From Klebsormidium nitens (Eukaryota > Plantae > Klebsormidiophyceae): a stretch of 64,000 nucleotides of DNA. The notes beneath the pieces were generated by a model, which saw only the letters and a program-made list of their open reading frames with translations, ran no database searches and was not told the origin of the DNA. The stretch lies in assembly GCA_000708835.1 (NCBI GenBank), contig DF237293.1, forward strand, positions 34,551 through 98,550, in the 5' to 3' direction. How positions within the stretch are numbered: position 1 is the stretch's first letter; each line of letters starts with the position of its first letter. The position numbers and the translations under genes were made by a program. Positions 52,751-64,000 of the stretch are shown here, piece by piece.

Positions 52751-54106
52751 ATCGTAACCGTTGAACCTGAAATGCATGCAAGATCGTGATCTCGATTGTG
52801 GACATCCAGGACAAACCGTTGAACGACATCCTACTCAAGCCCGGCAGAGGAATCTCGATGTACAGATTGCATGGAAGCTCGAGCTCCTCTACAACAAAGT
52901 GTTTGACTTATTGAATCTCAAAGAATTGCGAATATAGGAGGTTGGAACCGCGTGAAGTGTACTAGCGTTTTTCGCAGGATTCGATGCCGATGAGTCTTTT
53001 TAGTCGTTTCCGGCCCGCTTTCGGCAGCCCCAAGTCGACCTGCGGTTCTAGATCCATATGAGGAATTTCGGCTGGTTAAAAACATTTCTGCAGGTCGTAT
53101 GTCTATTCATCAACGCAATTGAACTTTGACTAGTGGCACAACCGCATTAGCTGATAGCCTATGCAAAATGCGCACTTGTTCCTACATACGTCACACGTGC
53201 TAACATTAATAAACATGTGTGACCATGATGACGCGTACACACTGGGCCGCGTCACTCTCTAATGACTAATTTGTAATGTGCATCGTCAGCATCACAATGA
53301 TGCCCGCACGTAGCAAGCATCAAGAAAGGAAGAAGGGAATGCAAGTGGTCGAAGGAATTATTACGCCCCACCAAAGTCATCATGGCTCTGACATGTTGAA
53401 GTTAAATACAAGCCGATACCAATTGATTCCGAATCTCATTGAGACGTACGTGAGGATGAACAATCTGAGGACACCACGCTCATCAGGTGGAGACGTGGGA
53501 CTCCTATACCTGGCGATGGTCGCCGGAGCGCGGGTGCCAAACCGCACGGCGGCCCCTGGGAGGCGGCGACGACCTCGACTTACGAGGAATTATACACCCT
53601 TTTAACCCCTCACGCGGCATGACCCGTAGTGCGTTTGCGAGGGATCGAACCCAGGTCCCTCGCAGGCATTGACGTCATCATTTCATCACCCAGTGAAGGG
53701 GAAATCCCTACGCCTGAGCCGCTAGACCAAGCGTAGGATGACGTACGTACCGTAGTACGTACCCACTTAACGGCGTGAAACTGAGAGCAGATCTTTGATA
53801 CCGTATGATACTTCCTACTCCTGAGAGAGATGCGGTGTCGCAGAAGTTCGATCGAGCACTGAAAACACCAGAACACTGATCCACTCCACTGCTGAACAAC
53901 ACACGCTCCAAACGCTCATTGATCATGAACACGGAACTGATGAGACTGAAGTGGATTTCTATGCAGAATCGATCGATCAGTGCATGGACGGGTTCGGCCG
54001 ACATGCAACCTACTGCACAAAGCTCTCTTTTTGATTCAACTACCAAAATTCTACGTGCTATCGTACTACTAGGCGGGCAGGCGGGCACTTGGTTCGGGGC
54101 TTGGGC

Positions 54107-54310
54107 GCATCGTCAGAACACATGTGCAAGGGCGTCCGGAACTCCGAAAATGGGCCCTCGATGGGGGGGGGCTGGTGGCTGGTGGGGCCAACATCTAGAG
54201 GGGAAATTACCCCTAGGTAAACTCGTGCATCCAAAGGGGAGGGGGGGGCTGGTGGCCGGTTTTATTTTCGGAGTTCCGGACGCCCCTGCACACATGTCTT
54301 GACACGATGC
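54107..54310. mobile_element. Small foldback/MITE-like element (~205 bp)
   Basis: ~45-bp imperfect IR with perfect core GGGCGTCCGGAACTCCGAAAAT; no clear TSD. Confidence 0.6.
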
Positions 54311-55570
54311 CTTGGTTGTAAACTGGTATTAACAGAGGTATTGGTTATAATGTCCCGGCCACAATGAGTTAGTCAATAGTTAAAATAGGTCAATGGTGAC
54401 AGAGCCTTAATGCAATCTTTGTGGTCCTCTAGTCGATCTTCAGCTCAAACTTCTTCCCCACTTCTTCACTCGTCTATAAAGATGATTCCAATGACATGGA
54501 CCACGTTGAGTGCACAACTTGAACTTTGGCAACTGAGTGACTCGTATGGACAGCTCGCCTTAGACGGTTGGTGTCGGGCGTGGAATTCCGGAGTCACTGT
54601 GTACATTCGACGGTTGTCGACATACTTACCTCATAAGTTGGATCGTAAGGCCTGTACTAGCCACGTGCATCCATGCATTTTCTACTGGAATCCGAGTCTG
54701 ACTCGGAATCTTGCATGGTGGAGCATGCGGCAGTATAGATGCACGCACTGCAACATGTCGGATATCGAGCAGTGAGCTGCTCACTGAGGACCGTCAAGTC
54801 GGACTCCCCACGTGCCGCCTATAGCTTTAACAGCTGGACGGGGCCTCATGCATGGGACGTTTAGCTACGATTATACATTGGGGTTTTCAAGTCCCAAGCA
54901 CAAAGCCCGGTTATATATGGATGCATGTGGAATTAGAACATGTGCAAGCGAGTATAAAGGCATGCGTAGACTCGCTAAATTGCATGATAAAGCAACGCGC
55001 CGGGTTTGGAAAGGCCAACTTATCGCTCATGCAATCCGACAACCGTTGAACGTACATCATTGGCAATGCATGTCATGCAAGAGACTAAGTCGTTCTGCGT
55101 CAACATCTGAAAGCTCAGCACTGCATGCGCCATGCCAAACTAGAAGTAGACCATCAATATACCAATATATGATGTTAAAACCGCGTGTCGATATTCACGA
55201 CCGGTCCAATGCACGCAATAATGTGACCATCCAAGCCCCGCTTCGAATGCAACAATGCACGCCTTCATATACTTACACGAATTCCAGACCCCGATCCTAG
55301 TGTTAAGTTCTGTCTTGCCTAATGATGTACAATTGCTTTCTCTTGTGCGATTGAACGCCACTCTTGCGAGCATTGGTTTGAGGTTGAGACTCAAGACACC
55401 AAACAACTCGATAACACCTAGCAACAATAGTACAGCAATCTGTGACACGCGGCACGTCGCAGGGCAGGCAGGCCGGGTCGCAAAACAGACGCCGAGTCAT
55501 CTTCCGTATGTGGCAACTAAGAGCATGCCGCAATGTTATGCGGAAGGCGAAGAGCAACTGCTCTCTCGCG

Positions 55571-58500
55571 TCACAGTAAAATGCACGCGCAACACCCCGC
55601 CGTTTCCGCGTCCTTAAGATCAGACACGCCGCTGTCCAGTACGTCCTCGAGCCACTTAACAACCGTGTTGAAGTCCGGCCGCCGCTCGGGCACGGGGTCC
55701 CAACACCGCTCCAGAATGTCCGCTAGGGGCTTCGGGATGCCCGCGAGGGGGGGGCGAGCGTTCTGGAATCGGAGGCGAGAGGCGTTTACGATTTAAAGAA
55801 GGAGACCAAATGAAAGGGGGGTGAATGTTCCGGGAGAGGAATGACAAACACCTTCTCAGGTTCAATGCAACAGTTTCTCGAATAGAATGATGTGCCGTCC
55901 TAAGCTTCCACGGGGGTTGCGCAAGAAGGCGTTACACTGTGATGATAAGACAGGGAAGGCAAACGTAATCATGCATTTCACTGTCGCTTCATTCCCTATC
56001 TAGGATTAGACTGCATTTCAACACGACCTACTTCCGTTTCTGCGAGGGGATTAGAAGTTGGGCCGAAGATGACAAGATCATAGACAGGGCCCCGGTCCAC
56101 GAATCGAAGCGTTCTGAAACATTGCCGACCCAAACGACAGCCGTAACTACCACTTTCTCTAATCGTTTTTGAAGTGAAGTTGGCTGGGCGGCGCAGGCGA
56201 GAAGAGCCCAACCCAACCCGTCTCTAAAGGTGTTACTTGGCACTTGTCAACAACGACGTGAGGGTAGTATTTAATAAGACGGCAGACTTCACAGCGTTGA
56301 CAAGTCCACAATGCAGAGGCGGGCATTGATTCCAGGAGGTTGAATGCCAGATTCGAAACACGAGCGGGCAACATTCGAGAGGTTCTGTTAGAGTTACGCT
56401 CCCATCCTCATCCAAGCTGCCCGGCTTGGCAAAACCATACATGGATACAAATTAGCAACCGAGAAAGGGGGAAAGGCGACCGGCCGGAATCATACACATC
56501 AGAAGAGGGGCATTCCTCGGTTGTCGAAAATTGAGCATATGAAGTCAAACCTTACCCCATCCTCGCATTGAGAAACGCCGAGCTTACGTCAGACTCAGAA
56601 GAACGACTATGGAACAGCCCTGAGACCCATGCATCAGCGCCAGAGTCTGAATCAAGTTTAGGCTCACATTCGGCTCGCCTGGCTGCTTTTGAGCGCCTCG
56701 CTTCGGCGCAAAACGTCCAAAGTAGGGGAAGCGAGTTTTTCGTATTCTAAGAGAACCTGCTCTAGCGGCAGAAGAACACGTCAAAACAAACCTTCGCAAT
56801 TGAGTCCCGATACTAACGTCTCAAAACCCGTGAAATTGCGCCTGTAGCGAGGTAGCCTACTGGTGTAAAGCTAGATGCCCAAAACACCACGTATTGCACA
56901 ACCCCACAATCCGAAACCTTCAAAGATCAGAAGAAGAGTTTGCGGCAGCTCACACTTGCAACGACGGCGTGCGCGAGCTGCACGAAGGAGAAGCCCTCGA
57001 AGGGCAGCTTCATGGAGAAGATCTCCCACGCCACGATGCTGAACGAATACACGTCCACCTTGCGCGTGTACGGCCGGTGGTCAATCACCTGCGCACGACA
57101 TCAGGCTTGAGATACAGTACCCAATGTCCGGTTGGGCAACAATTAAATATTCTTTGACTCGCCCAAAAATTTGAATAAAAAATAAATCCCAAATCAAAAT
57201 CTACAATCATTTTGCCCCGTACGAAAACGAAATAAAATAGTAGAATGAAGCTGCCCAAATTCCGTAGCATGCGAAATTAAGCACTAGGCAAAAATTTGCC
57301 CCACCGGACAATCGGTACGGGTATGTTCAGGCCTGATCTAGGGTTCTGAAACTTTTGTCATGTTCTACAAACCCAGGTGAGTTCGTAGTGAGACGGCTTG
57401 ACGTGCTGAGGTGACGCGTCCAAGGCCCCGTACTCTTGACTGCGTAGCTTCGTGGTGACGGCACCTCCTTTTTTGAGTTGCCCGGGAGTTGAGAGTGCCA
57501 TGCCGCTCTTGACCAGGGCGACCAGACCGGTGGGACAAAGGGCATAAAGTCGCCGTGGATGCCAGTAGATGGCGCAACTTAAGAACCAAAACCGTCTGCC
57601 AATCCTTCTGATTTTAAGAAGCAACCAGTAGTCACCACTGAGCAGGAAGAAGTGAAAAACTCGTCACCGTCTCGCTGCACCGGCCTGGCCCAGGCCCGTT
57701 CGAATGTTCCATTAGTCCAGGGTACAACTGAGGAAGCTCGCACGCAGACAAGAGGAGATCAGCAGTTTAAATGACTGAAAGAGTGAAATTGGGGAGAGGC
57801 GCTGGAGCTTGTGTGCGCATGGAGGATGTATAGGGCGATCGCTGGAAGAAGAAAAAGTACGGGGAAAATGATAGGAGAGGAAAGGATAGTGTCAGCAGAT
57901 TTCGATATAGCCGCAGAAGGACTCTGGTAAATCGAAATAAGGAGTGAGGCCTTCTTCTTTAATGGCCGTAACCTTCTTTGCTGGTGTCAGTTCCGCACCG
58001 CACCTCGACACAAAAACCCCGAAACCTGAGCCACGACACTCAAACACTCCTCATTTTTTGGAGAAACGTTGCAGCGCGGCGCGGCGCAGCTCAGGTGTCA
58101 CCCAATGAATGTTGCCTGTTCACAGCGCACCTCGATCCAACAACTTCAAAGGTTCCCAAACCTCGAAACTCCCAAAATAATTGAGTTGAGTCGGTGTGTG
58201 CAGCGCACCTCGGGGGCCATTTCCTCAGTTTATGCCTGCCTTGCGGCGCACCTCGCGCCAACACCCCTGACATTCGACCCTCGAAACTGGACATCCCTAG
58301 GACCATTAAGGTGTTGGGGCCGCGCACCTCAGGGGCCATTTTTCGGACGTGCCTGTCTCGCGACGCATCTCAAAACGAAGTCTATGCTGCCTGTTTCACG
58401 GCTCGACCCAAGAACCCAAAACCCCAAAACTAGAAGGCGAGCATCGCAGATGAAAACCGTTGCTGTAGCGGCGCACCTCGGGGGCCATCCAGCGGATGGT

Positions 58501-61500
58501 GCCTGTTTCGCACGTCATGTCCCCCGGGTCTGCTGCCTCCTGGCGCGCCAGCCCAAAGTCGGCGACCTTGACGCGGTACGAGGGGTCGATCAGCAGATTG
58601 GCGGACTTGAGGTCGCGGTGCAAAATGTCCTTATTATGCAAGTACCTAGGCAGGAGACAACGACGCACGTCAGCCAGGGGTCTATCGGGGGAAAAAAGGT
58701 GCGATGAGGGATTTGCGTAGCTTGGAAGATTCAAGGTGGAGGTTTTGCTAGGGAGCCTACTGCCAGGACTCCATTCAAAGGTGGCTGAGATGGTGTAGGA
58801 AAAGGGGAGTTGCGGACGCTCGCAAATCTCTGTTATTCAGAGGCCTAGAGGCTGACAGGTAAATGCTGAAAGTCCTATGTGCGTAAGCGTGGGCAGGCTG
58901 GAAAAGAAATGGCAGAGAAGTCAGGTTTTCGCCTAGAACGAGATATGGGCTCCAAAGCTCCAGTAGCAAAGGCGGCAGAGGAAGCTAGCGTTGCAGTTCA
59001 TGTAGGTACGCGGATCTACGCGCACATTCTGCGCTGATAGCACGGCTGTAGAATGAAGAGTCGATGGTATTTCACATAGCCTCAACCTTGAAATGACGCC
59101 AGCCTCAACGCGCCAAGACAAGCATTCCCCTAGCGCATGACAGATTTTGTTTCTTTAAAAGCGGGTAAAGTCCGAAAACGGACAAAGCTCGAGCAGCGTA
59201 GGCACCAAAGCTGCCGCCCAACTAGCTAGTGCCCAACGGACGTCACAAGCTATCTCCACCGGAAAACTTCCGACGTGGAAAAAGATCACCGACATTTTCG
59301 TTCATGGGGAATTCCGTTCGACGTCCTTCCGACCGACACCAGGGCGAGAAGAAGGCATCGCCCTCGGAGGCAGTTTCAGCTCGTCTACCGTCAAAAATTC
59401 GTTCGAGAACTGAGGACACAACCGGCGGGCAGAAGATAGGAAGGAACACGTTGCCAAGATGCAGTTGCGACTCACGCCATGCCGCGCGCCACGTCGAGCG
59501 CCATGTTGACAGCCTGCTGCAGCGGCAGCTTCTTGCCCTGCCGCTGCGCGGTGAACGACTTGAGGGATCCCCCAGCGATGTACTCCGTCACAATCGCCCA
59601 CTGCTTCGCCTCCATGGAAGCGCCAATAAACTGCGGTATGGAAGCAAGATTTTAAGGCTTCCGACATCCGCTGGTTCGGAGTATTTGGGATTCAAATAAA
59701 CTTGTCTAAACCGAGAGTGCCATCCACAGTAATAAGTGCACTCCCCCACAGTAATAAGTTAGAAGGAAAAAAGGAGGACCATGTAAAGCGAGATTTGAAC
59801 TGTCATTTCGACGACCAAGCAGGTTCGGATGATGATGATCATGATGGTGTTCACTATAACGTAACCGGCTAAGGTAACGCCTGACCTCGAGAACGGTTGC
59901 AGGGGGGAGGCCACTCTGATATTCCGCATGCTTTTGGATGTCGGAGGAAAAACTGTCCACTACATACACAAAGCATGCACTCGAGAATTACATGCCGAGA
60001 GGTTCAAAGATGATCCAAGAGCGGGGGCCCGACCTCGACGATGTTGGGGTGGTGCAGCGCGTGCCAGACGGAGACCTCCTGCTTGAAGGCGTGCAGCGCG
60101 GCGCGCTTCTCCTTGTCGCTGCTGCTCTCCGGGATGTGCAGCAGCTTGATGGCCACCTCGCGCCCGCCGTAGTGCCCCCTGTGTACGCTCCCAAACGACC
60201 CCGACGCAATCTGCACAGGAAACAACTCAAATCATTTTCATTCCAATCTCAACCCTTGCGGAAGAGCAAACCGGATGAATACAACTTGACTTAGAAGGGA
60301 ATTTAACGTCGTGCATTCTCAAAGCGAGGATGCCGAGCTGGCGTCAGCCAATCTTACGCCAAGCTTTCAATCATGTCCGTAAATAGCGACATGTGAAAGG
60401 GCAAAGACCATGACCAAACCCCGGCTAAGATGCAAAGTGGATAAGTACGGGAGGTAAGCGTCTGAATGAAAGAGCGTCCGGCAAGTCAAACTGAGGTCGA
60501 ACTTGTTGTCTGGGCTGGTCGACGGAAGGGCAAGTGATTGCGCAGTAGGGGCAGCGTCATCAATGCCCACGTCACTTTGTGAGGGGTGTTTCAAGAATGT
60601 GACAAAGAGCAATGACCGGCAAATTGAAAGCAGCTTGCACCGGACCCCTTTGTCAATCATTCAAAAGGAAGACTGCTCTCTTTCAGTGTTACGTCGAGTT
60701 ACAACCAAAGTGCAAAATTGCTCATGAATCGATGTAGACCGATAGCTGATACCCAACTTAGAGAGTCGACCCAAATTTTTCGAATCCACTTTTAACTTCA
60801 AACGAGGTTCATAGTTCCTTCACTCGCCTCTCATCCATGTCACTGCTTTCTATGCAGAAAGATTTTCAGCGGTTTCAAAGACGAAAGGGCTGCACTCGGT
60901 ACCACAGCACCGAGGCCAAACACCCCAGTCTTCCGATGATGCTTGCCGGAATGCCGGAAACTTCCTGACCTCTACCAAGAAAATGATCTACTACTCAATC
61001 AGTGGAAGGTAAGGCGGCATGGGGATCACAATCTTATTCGTCCCTATTAAGCTTCTCAAGTCGACTTTCCAAGTCGATTTGCTTCCCACATAACACAGAA
61101 TACGACAAGAGTTCTTTACGAAGCAGTGCATGCTCTTGTAGTCATTGCTCTGAGAAGCAACAAACGACGGCTCATGGCAGCGGTATCCCTTCTTGCCACG
61201 ATTTCACAGAGTACTTAATAAGAGAAACCGGACGGTCAGGTGACGACTCCAACGCTCAGCCACTTTAATTGTGGGGCTGATCAGAGCGGATTGTCGGGTC
61301 CGCTGCCGTAAGATGCACCAGTAACAGGTAGACGCTTGAGAGAGCCTCAACTCACAAGAGACTGGGATCCGGCGGAAGTGTACAGTCAATGTTTTCAGGT
61401 AAGATTGAAGCATTGACAAGAATCTGGAACTTGAAAAAAAACAACCGGAGAAAGTCTGCACTGACTGTACGAGACCTGCCGAACTTGATAGGAACGGGCC

Positions 61501-62766
61501 AACCTCGAGGCAATCTCCGCTTGAGTATTAGTGGGTGGTGCCAAAAGAAGTAGAAGACTGAGCCGCAAAGCAGAAGCACTAGCACAAAACGGCCCTTGCC
61601 TACTGGCGTCACTCGTCAAGCCCAGCGCTGACTACTGTAGATTAGGTTCAAAATAAGATGAAAGCTTACGAGGCTGGAGTTTGACGGAGCGCACACGACA
61701 GGTCGTCTGCTAAGAGTAACTCAAATTCACCCCCCCACTCTTTTCCTCTTGCACAATTTACAAAGCAATCAAACAGCGCAAGGTCCTCCTACAGAAGGAT
61801 CCCAAACCCATTTTCAAGCTCTCCAAAACATTTCTGTTAAAGAAACACTTTTTCGCCTTTGCTCCTTCAAACTGTTCAAAGCACATAAGGCTATTGCACC
61901 TCTGCCCCTGCTCTTCTCTCAACATGGTAAGGAACCGCTCAAAACCTGTATTGTGAAGCGCTCCACCTTAGGAAGCACGCCCACCAAATGGGACCTGTTT
62001 AAAGCAGCATACCTTTCTTGTTGCAGCGAAGGGGTCGCCATCTTAAGAAGCAAGCCGTTCTCTAGACCAGGCGACAGAAAGATCTGGAGGGAAGTGCGAC
62101 CTGGAAAACGTTTTCGCAGCCCTCAATCAAGTTGACCTCAGAACAAAAATATGAATCTGTTCAACCGTCGTTCCGCTCTTTTCACAGGCGAATGGCCCAC
62201 AAGCCTTAGGCGCAGCCACTCACCAACTCTCCCAGGTCCACCTCACTCAGGTCTATTTGCCAGAGCGCCCGCTTCTTTCCCGACACACTGTGCTGTAACC
62301 CCAACGCCCGAGAGCTGCTCCGGAACGTCCCGCTCCCACTACTGCTGTTGTCCAGGCCCCCCGCCGGCACTTCCCGCCTCTCTGTCGAACCGCCCACTGG
62401 CGCACACCCCCCAGATTCTCGCGGAGCACTCCCTTGGTCACCCCCGTTTGCAGTAGCATCCGCACTTCTGCTCAGAGGCTCAGCGCTGTCCGCGGTGATC
62501 GTGCGCATGCTCTCTGAGAGGGCCGTATCAGCTAGCCCCTTTTCTCGCAACCTCGACGGCCCCATATTCTCTGTCAACAAATTTGCCGATTGCGCTTCTT
62601 CAGCAAGAACGGAGTCCTGGTTGAACAAGGACGTGCGCAACCGAGGGCGCGAATGTCCATCTTGCAACTCTCCAGGCCTGCCCGAAAGACCCGCTTCAGC
62701 AACGCCCCCGCGTTGGCCCGTGTCAAAGTCCTCAACACCATTTTTACTTTGAGAGACAGACGACAT
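55571..62766 (-). CDS. Raf-like group C (STY/ATMRK1-type) protein kinase, ~456 aa
   Basis: Exons 62766-62224, 60210-60034, 59630-59476, 58645-58477, 57088-56954, 55762-55571. Motifs [46 protein letters not shown]; ends GCCACILL*. Confidence 0.95.
57120..57315. mobile_element. Tc1/mariner-like MITE (196 bp) in a kinase intron
   Basis: TA flanks (57118-57119, 57316-57317); ~20-bp TIR CCCAATGTCCGGTTGGGCAA vs CCGATTGTCCGGTGGGGCAA (reverse complement), 3 mismatches; AT-rich interior. Confidence 0.7.
57999..58488 (-). repeat. Degenerate intronic repeat built from the exon-end/5' splice-site sequence ATGGCCCCCGAG|GTGCGC
   Basis: True junction 58471-58488; exact 18-bp copy at 58203-58220; 17/18 copy at 58322-58339; partial copies at 57999, 58125 and 58246. 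Confidence 0.8.
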
Positions 62767-64000
62767 CTTGAAACCACCACAGCCCCTCTTTTGGGCACAC
62801 GTAAACCTGCCGGGCTACTCGTGAACGAAACGTTCAAACTCTCTGCAGATAGCCAATGAATCTGCAACGAAACGTGCCGCCTTGGGCCCCCTTGAGAACG
62901 ACGTAAGAAAGACCTTATGACCTGACGATGCCTGCTGAGCCAAGCTGGCCTAGCACTGTGGGACACAGTAAGGGGCGAGCGCCGGGACTCCTACTGCGAG
63001 CAACTCCCCTCAGTCACAGAACGCCCACTTCCAATGTTGGCAATATGATGACCTCGATGCTTTGACCAACACTGGCAACAGCAGCTAGCTCGTACTGCAT
63101 GAGCTCTCGTATGCAGCAGCTGCCGCCTGCGCCTTACTAAGCCTGCCACTGCCAGCTGGAGCTTTCGTCTGGTTCCCCATCTAGTTCTCAAAAGACCGAG
63201 TAACAATACCCGCTCAGAAGTCAGTATCCAATCATTGAGTGGCAGGCTCTATATCGACGTCAGAGATTCTGACACATGTCCGCCTGCCAGGCTCCAGTCA
63301 CGTGCAGGGGTGCTATATGAATTAACTAGGAGTTCTGGCATTCGAATTTTTCAATTGCCCGAGGCTTCATTGGACAGCCTGGTTTACATGGGGCAGAAAG
63401 TTGGAACTCGAATGAAACACGGCTAGACTTCGCCGCGCGTCCTAATATATAATGGTCAGGCCCTCTATTGTTTTCCTATATCTGCTGGCATGCAGCTGGT
63501 GAGTCGAGGATCGGGCTGGCAGGCTGCAATGCCCAAGGGCCATATGCCGCAGATGTGAATTGTGTACCTAAGAATCCAACATGATCTGGCCCGTTGTAAA
63601 TAGCATTCTGCATCCCGATAAGGTCACTTTCCTCACGTCCACTTGACACATGATGACACAACTTTTTAGTCGGTCTTCTGTCCATCAATAAATACGTACT
63701 ACAGCTGATCAGGACCTCCAAATCTCGCATTGACGATGCAGACTTGGAGGCCAATTGTTATTGGACTCAAGTCCATCCGAGGAACCAGCATTGAGGCTCA
63801 AATACAAAAGAGAAAGTAACAAGCATACCGACTCCTCGAACTGCTGAATGTATCCATTGTTTGGTATAAGTGTCAGATTGGGCTGTGGAATGTGTGAATG
63901 TGGATGATAACCTAGTTTGTGTGCTACCGCGTCTGCCGTAGATGTCGGTGCTTTCAGGAATGTCCGTGGAATGTGTCGTGCCGTAATGAGTCGAGGCTGT

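Noticed and set aside
54622-54631. ATACTTACCT, identical to the U1 snRNA 5' end
   Set aside because: Only 10 nt; the sequence that follows is not U1-like and it equals the reverse complement of a generic donor site.
59724-59759. Direct repeat CCACAGTAATAAGT x2
   Set aside because: Two short intronic copies only; not CRISPR-like. No CRISPR array, rRNA or intact tRNA was found anywhere in the window.

Overview
This is eukaryotic, intron-rich DNA with GC-rich exons and GT-AG introns. The gene set suggests a streptophyte alga of the Klebsormidium type; that assignment is an inference. Genes from left to right: (1) a spliced channelrhodopsin-family opsin (+, about 0.47-3.15 kb) that keeps the retinal Lys and both counterions but has lost the C128/D156, E90/N258 and E83/H134/H265 gate equivalents, followed by exons for a ~900-aa low-complexity tail with several 1-nt frame discordances; (2) two divergently oriented, apparently intronless DUF3626-like genes that both start MGC, one intact and one pseudogenised by a stop codon, a MITE insertion and a frameshift; (3) intronless DDX41/RH35 helicase; (4) SEC14/SFH lipid-transfer gene with a tandemly duplicated final splice acceptor; (5) plant-type PIN1; (6) an alpha/beta hydrolase with a transit-peptide-like N-terminus; (7) an RKD-type RWP-RK transcription factor; (8) a Raf-like group C kinase ending in a CaaL motif. 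Non-autonomous DNA transposons are scattered through the window: Kolobok-like (TTAA), hAT-like (8-bp TSD), Tc1/mariner-like (TA) and unclassified inverted-repeat elements, densest at 49.6-54.3 kb. All exon models were built by hand from splice signals and frame continuity. Family assignments rest on recalled motifs, not on database searches.
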